NCBI GenBank assembly: GCA_022360575.1
Contig: JAKSCO010000351.1
Location: 2,949 to 66,948 of the forward strand
Length of the DNA stretch: 64,000 nucleotides
Reading direction: 5' to 3'
From: Bacteroidales bacterium
GTDB lineage: Bacteria; Bacteroidota; Bacteroidia; Bacteroidales; UBA12077
Numbering within the stretch: the stretch's first letter is position 1; each line of letters opens with the position of its first letter. Under the pieces are notes generated by a model. That model searched no databases. It saw only the letters and a list, made by a program, of their open reading frames with translations, and was not told the origin of the DNA. Below, piece by piece: positions 55,909 to 64,000 of this stretch. A program made the translations under genes and the position numbers.

Positions 55909-57036
55909 TTACTCTCTATCGGCATGAAAAACTAAAAAAGGCAAATTGGTATGAAACAAAACCCTTCGAGTAGTTCCTGCTCCTAGTAATCTCGATATTA
56001 AACTTCTTTTATGGGTTACTAATGATATCAAATCAATATTCTTTTTCCGAATAATTTCTTGTATCCCTGTCAAGAAATCTTCATTTTCAACAATATTACA
56101 TTCAATATCATAATCACTATATTCTTCTTTTAACTTTTGCTTTAAACTATCCATCTTTACATTATCCCAAACATTTGTTTCGGAAACGCCTATGTGGACA
56201 CAATTAAGTTTTATCTCAAAAGGAGATAAAATATTCATCAGTTTTCTTAGAGCTAGAAAATCCGATTCGTCGAAATTTGTAGCATACAAAACATTTATTA
56301 CTGGTAATTTTCTATACAACGAATCTTCGGGAATAACTAAAACAGGAATAGTTGCTTCTTCGATAACTTTTGTAGTAACACTTCCTATTAAGTCATTTTC
56401 CTGATCACCACTTCCTCTTGTTCCTATAATTATTACATCAGACTTATATTCATTACTTTTTTCAATAATCTCGTCACTCGGAATGCCTCTTTCTAAAGCA
56501 TAATCTATTTTCACCCCTTCTATACCCTCTTTATCTATTTTTTCTTTCAGTTCGGTATAAAACTTTTCCATATTCTCTTTTGCCCTTATTTCTATTTCGC
56601 GCAATACCTCATCCATATTAATTTCATAGTAATAAGTATCGGTTAGTGGCATCGAGTTAGTTACCGGATTATAGTACACATGTAACAGCTTTATTTCTGC
56701 ACTTAATTTTTCGGCAATTCCTATAGCAAATCGACAAGCATTTATCGAATAATCGCTAAAATCGACAGGAACTAAAATTCGTTGAACTCTTTGTAATGAT
56801 GATTCTTTCTCATCAAGATATTCTTCTCTAAAATTCTCGCTTACTTTTTCGACAATTCGTAAAGCTTTTTCAAGATTACGCTCGTGAACACGCACTTTTA
56901 CTCCACCCGAAATTACCGAATGAATTAAGTTTACATTCTTTAAATAGCATTCAACACCTTCTGATTCGAGTTTTGTTCTCAAAATCTCGGCTCTTGCGTA
57001 ATTATGAACTGCAATTGTTATTAATTTATCTTCCAT
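55909..57036 (-). CDS. DUF2007-like N-domain fused to tandem universal stress protein (UspA) domains
   Basis: 375 aa. The N-terminus LITIAVHNYARAEILRTKLESEGVECYLKN resembles the small putative signal-transducing domain. Two USP modules follow, with motifs ILVPVDFSDYS and IIIGTRGSG, then VLYATNFDESD. Confidence 0.8.
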   Translation of the reverse strand: MEDKLITIAVHNYARAEILRTKLESEGVECYLKNVNLIHSVISGGVKVRVHERNLEKALRIVEKVSENFREEYLDEKESSLQRVQRILVPVDFSDYSINACRFAIGIAEKLSAEIKLLHVYYNPVTNSMPLTDTYYYEINMDEVLREIEIRAKENMEKFYTELKEKIDKEGIEGVKIDYALERGIPSDEIIEKSNEYKSDVIIIGTRGSGDQENDLIGSVTTKVIEEATIPVLVIPEDSLYRKLPVINVLYATNFDESDFLALRKLMNILSPFEIKLNCVHIGVSETNVWDNVKMDSLKQKLKEEYSDYDIECNIVENEDFLTGIQEIIRKKNIDLISLVTHKRSLISRLLGAGTTRRVLFHTNLPFLVFHADRE

Positions 57037-57087
57037 AAGCTTATTTTTTAAAGTTTAATAAACCAACAACATCAACACTATATATTG

Positions 57088-57870
57088 TTAAACAAATTCG
57101 CGAGCTCCTAGTTTACTACATAGCTTATAAACAAAATCTAAAGTTTGTTTCGGAACATTTTTTACAAACTTATCGAAATCAGGTTTTGTTCGTCGCTTTG
57201 TAACCAATTGATTAATATCCTCGGGAGGAGGAGCTACCGAGCTTCGACCAACAAAAGGCAATATCTGCCAACTTTGCTTACTTTCGTAAAACAGTGGCAA
57301 CAATTCGTTAGCAATTAATAATAATTTGCCTCTGTTCATTGCACTGCGTTGTTGTAATTTATCTACTTGATATTGTACCCACTCATTTGCTACTTGATAT
57401 CTTACCATATCAACCTTTGAGAAAGCTGTTTTTAACAAATTGCTTTTATATTCATCAAAATTGTTCCAATAATCTTTTAATTGATTATTTGGCGGATTTT
57501 TTTTCCAATTCTTCGATAAGAAATTAAGCGAATGCAAGGCCATTACATGACATAATATTTCGATAAACCAATTATTTATTCTCGGATCGCAATATATTCG
57601 ACATAACTCCTGCGAAAACTGAAACGCTATTTGGCAATAATTTACTTCAGAAACATTTAGTCCTATTCGATAAAAATCGGCATGCAAAGGACGATACAAT
57701 GTAGGTCCTGAATAGTTATCTCTTATAATTTCTAATGTTTTAAATCCTAAAACAGGACTATTTGATATTAAAACATCAAACTCATCAACTATATGTTTTA
57801 TTATAATTGCACATTTCAAATTTTGTTCTTCGTTATCGAAAACTTTACATGTAATAAACCATTTATTCAT
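57088..57870 (-). CDS. hypothetical cytoplasmic protein (no family recognised)
   Basis: 260 aa. No signal peptide or TM. Uninterrupted ORF with a 51-nt gap to the downstream USP gene on the same strand. Confidence 0.55.
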   Translation of the reverse strand: MNKWFITCKVFDNEEQNLKCAIIIKHIVDEFDVLISNSPVLGFKTLEIIRDNYSGPTLYRPLHADFYRIGLNVSEVNYCQIAFQFSQELCRIYCDPRINNWFIEILCHVMALHSLNFLSKNWKKNPPNNQLKDYWNNFDEYKSNLLKTAFSKVDMVRYQVANEWVQYQVDKLQQRSAMNRGKLLLIANELLPLFYESKQSWQILPFVGRSSVAPPPEDINQLVTKRRTKPDFDKFVKNVPKQTLDFVYKLCSKLGAREFV

Positions 57871-58001
57871 ATGTTTCTATCTTTATTTAATTGTTATTAA
57901 TAATTCTTTCTACGGGGTATTTTTCACTTGCTCTTGCAAGCCATCCATTACTCTTGAATCAAACAAAATAATCTCATGAACTTTGCAAATAATTTTCATG
58001 A

Positions 58002-58033
58002 TTTTAATCTCAATACTTGATCCTCATATCTTG
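58002..58033 (+). repeat. dispersed intergenic module M3, copy a
   Basis: TTTTAATCTCAATACTTGATCCTCATATCTTG. 30 of 32 positions are identical to 62452-62483. Confidence 0.85.
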
Positions 58034-58293
58034 GATGCTGAAAATATATAATCAAGCTTATGTATGTTAAATTCTATTTATCATGAAGGTTTCATAATTT
58101 TGTATTTTAAATATTTAATAAGGTTAGCGGTTTTATAACTATTGCTTTTATAAAAAGGGGAACAAGCAATAAGATGAGCGTTAATATACAGAAATTTACC
58201 CCAAAAACCAAGTAAATAAAAAGATAAATACTATATATACTTAATATCGAGTTAAAAGTATTATTTTTGTGCATTAATTATATTTTTTTAATC

Positions 58294-59739
58294 ATGGAAC
58301 AAAGAAGAAGCTTTATCAAAGACTTACTTCAGTCAACCGATTTTGACCGTGAAGTAAATGCAAAAGGTTGGGTAAGAACCAAACGAGGAAATAAACAAGT
58401 AGCATTTATTGCTTTAAATGATGGATCTACAATAAATAATATTCAGGTTGTAATTGATATAGCTAATTTTGATGAGAAATTAATTAAAGATATAACGACA
58501 GGAGCAAGTTTAAGTGTTAACGGAACTCTTGTTAAATCGATGGGACAAGGACAAAGTGTAGAAATTCAGGCTAAAGAGGTTGAAGTATACGGAACAGCCG
58601 ACACCGAAACCTATCCATTACAAAAGAAAGGTCATTCGCTCGAATTTTTAAGAGAAATAGCCCACTTACGATTTAGGACAAATACTTTTGGTGCTGTTTT
58701 CAGAATTCGTCACGCAATGGCTTATGCAGTGCACAAATATTTCAACGATAATAATTTTTATTACTTACATACTCCTATAATTACAGGATCGGATGCCGAA
58801 GGTGCTGGCGAAATGTTTAGGGTTACTACCGTAAAAGCCGGAGAAGAAAAAAGAACCCAAGACGGAAAGATTGATTTCAGCGAAGATTTCTTCGGGAAAG
58901 AAACAAATCTTACTGTATCGGGACAGTTAGAGGCCGAATTAGGAGCTACTGCTTTATCGAATGTTTATACATTTGGACCTACATTTAGAGCCGAAAACTC
59001 AAACACACCTCGTCATTTAGCCGAATTTTGGATGATAGAACCTGAGATGGCTTTTTATGATATTCATGACAATATGGATTTAGCCGAAGATATGCTTAAA
59101 TATTTAGTTAAGTATGCTTTGGATAATTGTATGGATGATCTTAAGTTTTTAGAACAAAGATTAATTAACGAAGAAAAACAGAAAAGCCAACAAGAACGAT
59201 CGGAAATGGCTTTAATTGAAAAGCTAAAATTTATTATCGAAGATGATTTTGTTCGATTAACCTATACCGAAGCTATCGATATTCTTAAAAATTCGAAACC
59301 AGCAAAAAAAGGAAAATTCCAATTCCCTGTTGAGTGGGGTATTGATTTACAATCGGAACACGAGCGTTATTTGGTTGAAAAACATTTTAAAAAGCCCGTA
59401 ATATTAATTGATTATCCAAAAGATATTAAGGCATTTTATATGAAACAAAACGATGACGGGAAAACGGTTCGTGCAATGGACATTCTGTTTCCTGGGATTG
59501 GCGAAATTATTGGAGGATCGCAGCGCGAAGAAAGCTACGAGAAACTATTGTCGAGAATAAACGAAATGGAAATCCCTGAAAAGGATATGTGGTGGTATTT
59601 AGAAACAAGAAAGTTTGGTACTGTGCCTCATAGTGGATACGGATTAGGATTTGAAAGACTAATTTTATTTATTACCGGAATGACAAACATTAGAGACGTA
59701 ATACCATTCCCGAGAACACCTAAAAACGCCGAATTTTAA
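58294..59739 (+). CDS. asnS: asparagine--tRNA ligase
   Basis: The track ORF starts at TTG 58267. I prefer ATG 58294 (MEQRRSF). N-terminal OB fold and class II motifs ([36 protein letters not shown]). Confidence 0.96.
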   Translation: MEQRRSFIKDLLQSTDFDREVNAKGWVRTKRGNKQVAFIALNDGSTINNIQVVIDIANFDEKLIKDITTGASLSVNGTLVKSMGQGQSVEIQAKEVEVYGTADTETYPLQKKGHSLEFLREIAHLRFRTNTFGAVFRIRHAMAYAVHKYFNDNNFYYLHTPIITGSDAEGAGEMFRVTTVKAGEEKRTQDGKIDFSEDFFGKETNLTVSGQLEAELGATALSNVYTFGPTFRAENSNTPRHLAEFWMIEPEMAFYDIHDNMDLAEDMLKYLVKYALDNCMDDLKFLEQRLINEEKQKSQQERSEMALIEKLKFIIEDDFVRLTYTEAIDILKNSKPAKKGKFQFPVEWGIDLQSEHERYLVEKHFKKPVILIDYPKDIKAFYMKQNDDGKTVRAMDILFPGIGEIIGGSQREESYEKLLSRINEMEIPEKDMWWYLETRKFGTVPHSGYGLGFERLILFITGMTNIRDVIPFPRTPKNAEF

Positions 59740-59771
59740 ATTTTTGTAGAGAGAAAGATTAAGTACAGGAA

Positions 59772-61226
59772 ATGTTAAAACAAAGTTTACAACAAAAATT
59801 ATTACAAAAACTATCTCCTCAGCAGATCCAGATGATTAAGTTGTTGGAAATACCAACTATTCAGTTGGAACAACGAATAAAAAAGGAACTGGAAGAGAAT
59901 CCTGTGCTCGAAGAAGGAAAAGAAGATGATGAATTTGCCGAAAATCAAGAAGAAGAACTTTCCGAAGATAATCTGGATAACGATTCGGACGAATTTTCGC
60001 TAGACGACTACATCAACGAAGAGGATATTCCTTCGTATAAATTAACTACGAATAATTATTCGAAAGATGATAAAAAAGATGATATCCCTTTTTCGATAGG
60101 GATATCTTTTCACGAACACTTGCAACAACAAATAGGGCTACTAAATCTTACCGAAAAAGAAGAAATTCTGGCATTGTATTTAATTGGTAATTTAGATGAC
60201 GATGGATACGTACGTCGTAAGTTAGAAGCAATTGCTAACGATTTAGCCTTTTCGCAAAATATAAATACCAACGACGACGAGCTATTAGAAGTACTACGTA
60301 TTGTTCAGGATTTAGAACCCACAGGAGTAGGCGCCCGAACATTACAAGAATGTTTGTTGCTACAAATCGAAAGCAAAGATCAGGATATACCGATAATAAA
60401 ACTGTCGAGAAAGATATTGAAATATTATTTCGATGAATTTACTCGTAAACACTACGATAAAATTATTACTCGACTTAGTATTACCGAAGAAGATTTAAAA
60501 ACAGCCATAAACGAGATACTGAAATTAAACCCACGGCCGGGCAACAGTTTTTCCGACTCTTCGAGAGTAATACAAACTTTAATTCCTGACTTTATCTTAG
60601 ACAACAAAGATGGTAACTTGCAATTATCGCTAAATGCCAGAAATGTTCCCGAGTTAAGACTAAATTATACCTATACCGATATGCTTGAGTCGTACTCGAA
60701 TAAAAAAGAGAAAAAGACAAAAAGCGACAAAGAGGCTATTAGCTTTGTAAAACAAAAAATCGATTCGGCAAAATGGTTTATCGACTCGATAAGACAAAGG
60801 CAAAATACCTTGCTTTTAACAATGAACGCCATAATTGAATATCAGCGGGCTTACTTTTTAGATGGCGACGAATCGTTTTTAAAACCTATGATATTAAAAG
60901 ACATTGCCGAAACAACAGGACTAGATATATCGACCATCTCGCGTGTAGCAAATAGCAAATATATCCAAACACATTTTGGAATTTATGCTTTAAAATATTT
61001 CTTTTCTGAAGGTTTGCAAACAGAATCGGGCGAAGAGGTTTCGACTCGCGAAATAAAATCAATTTTAAAAGAATGTGTTAATCAGGAAAACAAGAAAAAA
61101 CCATTAACCGACGATAAATTAACACAAATACTAAAAGAAAAGGGATACAAGATTGCCCGACGGACTGTTGCTAAATACCGAGAACAACTTAATATCCCTG
61201 TTGCACGTTTAAGAAAAGAACTATAA
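59772..61226 (+). CDS. rpoN: RNA polymerase sigma-54 factor
   Basis: 484 aa. Gln/Leu-rich region I (LKQSLQQKLLQKLSPQQIQMIKLL), an acidic region II, and a C-terminal HTH with the RpoN box (ARRTVAKYREQLNIP). Confidence 0.96.
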   Translation: MLKQSLQQKLLQKLSPQQIQMIKLLEIPTIQLEQRIKKELEENPVLEEGKEDDEFAENQEEELSEDNLDNDSDEFSLDDYINEEDIPSYKLTTNNYSKDDKKDDIPFSIGISFHEHLQQQIGLLNLTEKEEILALYLIGNLDDDGYVRRKLEAIANDLAFSQNINTNDDELLEVLRIVQDLEPTGVGARTLQECLLLQIESKDQDIPIIKLSRKILKYYFDEFTRKHYDKIITRLSITEEDLKTAINEILKLNPRPGNSFSDSSRVIQTLIPDFILDNKDGNLQLSLNARNVPELRLNYTYTDMLESYSNKKEKKTKSDKEAISFVKQKIDSAKWFIDSIRQRQNTLLLTMNAIIEYQRAYFLDGDESFLKPMILKDIAETTGLDISTISRVANSKYIQTHFGIYALKYFFSEGLQTESGEEVSTREIKSILKECVNQENKKKPLTDDKLTQILKEKGYKIARRTVAKYREQLNIPVARLRKEL

Positions 61227-61834
61227 TGAATAAAGGTCTTGCCAAATTTTTATCTGTAATATTACATCCTGTTTTTATGCCTGTTTTGGGCTTATTTATT
61301 TTATTTAATTCGGGATCTGTTTTAGAGATTCTTCCTTTCCAAGCAAAAAAGATAATCCTAATTATTGTGGCAGTCGGCACTATTGTTTTACCTCTTACTT
61401 TTGTCCCGTTTTTTGTTTTTCAGAAAATTATAAAAAACATACACATGGACGATAATCGCGAACGCCTTATACCGTTTTTTATATCATTTGTTCTTTATAC
61501 ATTTTCGTTTTATTTATTAAATAAATTAGGAGCTCCGTGGGCAGTATCAAAATTTATGCTTATTGGTTCTATAGCAATCCTTGCTTTGTTAATTTTATCG
61601 TTTAAATGGAAAGTAAGCGCACACATGACAGGTATTGGGGGGATTGTTGGCTCGCTTATATCTTTTTCGTTTTTATTACGAGTTAACCTCGATTACTATA
61701 TTATGGCTTTTATTTTACTTTCGGGATTTTTGGCATACTCGCGTTTAACCTTAAAAAAACATCAGCCTTATCAGGTATATACCGGATGGTTTCTGGGACT
61801 TTGTTCGTCGTTTTTTGTTTTATTTATTTTCTAG
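61226..61834 (+). CDS. integral membrane protein, possibly a divergent PAP2-like phosphatase
   Basis: 202 aa, with about 6 TM segments. The start overlaps the rpoN stop (TAATG). The segments KVSAHMTG and YSRLTLKKHQPYQV loosely resemble the PAP2 motifs SGH and SRxxxxxHxxxD. Confidence 0.55.
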   Translation: MNKGLAKFLSVILHPVFMPVLGLFILFNSGSVLEILPFQAKKIILIIVAVGTIVLPLTFVPFFVFQKIIKNIHMDDNRERLIPFFISFVLYTFSFYLLNKLGAPWAVSKFMLIGSIAILALLILSFKWKVSAHMTGIGGIVGSLISFSFLLRVNLDYYIMAFILLSGFLAYSRLTLKKHQPYQVYTGWFLGLCSSFFVLFIF

Positions 61835-61930
61835 AAAAATTTATTATCAACATTACGATTTTAGGTTTACACTTTCCAAATCCGGAGAGTAATCTTCAAA
61901 TTCATCGCTCCGTTTAAATCAAATTTATCT

Positions 61931-62233
61931 TTACCCAAGATTTTAGGATTAACTCACTATTGAGTTTTTGTAAAATCTACAGTTTTGAGCTTAACCCAGA
62001 TTGGGTTTTTACAAAATCTGGAGTTTTGAGCCTGACCCAGCTTGGGTTTTTACAAAATCTAGAGTTTTGAGCTTGACCCAGCTTGGGTTTTTACGAAATC
62101 TGTAGTTTTCGGGCTAGCCCAATTTGGGTTTTTGCAAAATCTACAATTTTGGGTTTCGCCCAGACTGGTTTTTTATAAAATTTGTGATTTTGAACTTAAC
62201 TCCCTATTGAGTTTTCGTATAATCTAGAATTTT
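61931..62233 (+). repeat. tandem array with a 41-bp period, about 7 copies, each unit a palindrome plus T-run
   Basis: Units are at 61964, 62005, 62046, 62087 and 62128 (41 nt each), then 62169 (42 nt). More diverged partial copies lie at both ends. The consensus is GTTTTTACAAAATCTnnAGTTTTGAGCyTGACCCAGCTTGG and contains ACCCAG-n-TTGGGT followed by TTTT. Confidence 0.92.
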
Positions 62234-62372
62234 ATTCATAACCTGAGTTCGATTATTAACTAAGCTCTACTGAAAAAGAAATTCTTCATGTTCTATTATT
62301 CTTTTCTTTGCTTTTTCTACGGATGAATGAAAAAGGAAACGAAAAAATCTTAAAACAACTACGATCTTATTT

Positions 62373-62388
62373 AATACCAAAAGAACAT
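62373..62388 (+). repeat. dispersed intergenic module M1, copy d (AATACCAAAAGAACAT)
   Basis: The first 16 nt are identical to the M1 core. It lies 140 nt after the 41-bp array. Confidence 0.7.
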
Positions 62389-62451
62389 ATCTAAATTAAA
62401 TTTTACATAATTACTACAACTTATAGAATTTATAGCAACCAACTTTCGTTC

Positions 62452-62483
62452 TTTTAATCTCAGTACTTGATTCTCATATCTTG
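62452..62483 (+). repeat. dispersed intergenic module M3, copy b
   Basis: TTTTAATCTCAGTACTTGATTCTCATATCTTG. 30 of 32 positions are identical to 58002-58033. Confidence 0.85.
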
Positions 62484-63112
62484 ATTCTAGAATAACAAAA
62501 CCTTACAATTACCGGCGGGAGGATAAACTGAAATCGGTGTGAAATCTTTGATAATTGTTAATTAGTATCATTCTTAAATTAGTATACCAAAGCCTCACAC
62601 ATTATTGAAAAACTTGTGTTACAAATACGGAAACAGAATTATCAAAATTTGTCGATTTCAGATGATTTTGGTTCTTTGATCTCAAAGAACAGAAAGAAAA
62701 TATAATATATTCTAGTGCCCAGAAACAAAAAAACGAAACTCTTCTTTCCTTTTTCTTATGTTATTCACAGCTTTTAGGTACAAACTTGTAGCAGAAGAAG
62801 GAATTTTATTCATTAAACAAATAATACCGTATATTAACACCCAAACACTCAGGGTAGGTATTTTAGATAAGTAAAAACTATTTAGTGTTTTTTTAGAACC
62901 AATGTCAGATTCATAATTCTACATAAAGCAAAATCAAAATAATATTCTGATCTAATGATAATTGTCATTTTATTTCTCCTCTACGATTATAAATTTGTAA
63001 TAGATAAGTTTTTATTTATTAAAACAACAAACTCTCGTTTATATGCTCTTTTTATCAAAACCTTCATTGCACTAATCAATACAAATCTCCAATAATCATA
63101 AAATCAAGAAAA

Positions 63113-63547
63113 ATGAAACAAGGAAAAAATACTGTAAATCCCGAACCTTATAAATGGAAAGAAGAATACAAGGTTGATATTAGCGTAATCGACGAGCAAC
63201 ACAAAAAATTTCTTAATATAATCAACGAACTTAAGCTTATTATAAATACGGGCAGTTGTACCAAAAAGATCCCAGCTATATTTTATCAGGTAGCGTATTT
63301 AATCGATAATTATTTTTTAAAAGAAGAAATTTATTTTAAAGACTGCCAATATCCTAATTTCGAACAACACCAAACTCAACACAACTTGTTTATAAAACAA
63401 ATTACACAGTTTCAGAAAGATTTTGAAAATAAAAAAGACAATTTGTGTTTAGATATTTATAATTATCTGGAACATTGGTTTAACGAACATATCTTAAAAT
63501 ACGACAAAGAAGCTGCTGAATTTTTAAAACAGAAAGGTGTAAACTAA
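63113..63547 (+). CDS. bacteriohemerythrin (hemerythrin-like metal-binding protein)
   Basis: 144 aa. The N-terminus WKEEYKVDISVIDEQHKKFLNIINEL plus later H/E ligand motifs (FEQHQTQH, EHWFNEHILKYD) are typical of single-domain bacteriohemerythrins. Confidence 0.85.
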   Translation: MKQGKNTVNPEPYKWKEEYKVDISVIDEQHKKFLNIINELKLIINTGSCTKKIPAIFYQVAYLIDNYFLKEEIYFKDCQYPNFEQHQTQHNLFIKQITQFQKDFENKKDNLCLDIYNYLEHWFNEHILKYDKEAAEFLKQKGVN

Positions 63548-64000
63548 ATTAAAACTTGTACTTGGCTATTGCCTGTTACTTGCATTTTCTCGAAATCGAA
63601 ATTGGTAATTAAATTTAATCTTGGATATTTTCCTTTTGTAATACTACCAAACTTATCGTCTATTTTTAATGCTTTTGCTCCATTTAATGTAGCCCATTTA
63701 ATCGAATCGACAAACCGAACATAATCAAAATTTAAGCTAAGAGCTTTTATTTCATCTAATATCGATAGCGATTTATTCGAGGCCATACTATCGGTTCCGA
63801 GAGTTATTTGGTTGGTATAGTTCAAAAACAATTTTAAGTCGGGTAATTTATTCTGAATATATAAATTAGACAACGGACACAAACAAAAGAAAGAGTTTTT
63901 TATTTTTCTCGAAATTGTATTTAAATCATCAATCGAAGAAAATAAATTATGAACAAATAAGATGTTATTATCGCGAGGCAATAAATCGATAATTGTATGT
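63544..64000 (-). CDS. amidohydrolase-family protein, C-terminal part (continues past the right edge)
   Basis: The track ORF starts at an internal TTG (63981), but the frame stays open to position 64000 (..HTIIDLLPRDNN..). The motifs LGTDSMASN and WATLNGAKAL are typical of metal-dependent amidohydrolase C-termini. The stop overlaps the hemerythrin stop by 4 nt (convergent). Confidence 0.65.
   Translation of the reverse strand, partial: HTIIDLLPRDNNILFVHNLFSSIDDLNTISRKIKNSFFCLCPLSNLYIQNKLPDLKLFLNYTNQITLGTDSMASNKSLSILDEIKALSLNFDYVRFVDSIKWATLNGAKALKIDDKFGSITKGKYPRLNLITNFDFEKMQVTGNSQVQVLI

Noticed and set aside
61931-62233. CRISPR array interpretation of the 41-bp array, and likewise of the arrays at 26417-26587 and 44536-44680
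   Set aside because: The whole unit is repeated, including the segment that would have to be a spacer, so there are no unique spacers. There are no cas genes in the window, and the unit is not a 28-37-nt repeat alternating with variable sequence.

Overview
Visibly AT-rich chromosomal segment that looks like a Bacteroidota genome. Evidence: a SusC/SusD pair with ECF-sigma/FecR control, an S46 dipeptidyl-peptidase, a PG0541-type accessory gene behind an RND pump, a BNR/sortilin giant protein, and TAnnTTTG -7 boxes. I support about 56 CDS, two of which are absent from the ORF track: a 57-aa tatA and an edge-truncated LuxE-like gene. I also support 2 tRNAs (Cys-GCA and an initiator-type Met-CAT), about 12 intrinsic terminators, and several candidate operators and promoters. 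Most content is housekeeping: cysS, glnS, asnS, rpoN, dxr, rseP, ispD, folB, rnhB, pgk, rfbB and galE. It is interleaved with envelope and transport modules: a GbsR/MarR-linked RND efflux operon, a TonB-dependent receptor beside a duplicated lipoprotein, and a sigma/anti-sigma/SusCD locus ending in two thioredoxin-fold proteins. I recognise no transposase, integrase, phage, CRISPR or known defence genes. The annotation leaves four things unexplained. (1) A modular family of short dispersed intergenic repeats lies near three different palindrome-containing tandem arrays with 37-42 bp periods, including a 1.28 kb ORF-free spacer after the rpoN operon. (2) A possible sensory module combines a His-rich membrane protein, a hemerythrin/RIC-like protein and a pseudo-receiver LuxR regulator. 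(3) An internally duplicated HEH-motif lipoprotein sits next to a TonB-dependent receptor. (4) The Sus-like locus carries thioredoxin-fold proteins instead of glycoside hydrolases. All functional calls rest on motif recognition by eye; no database search was run.
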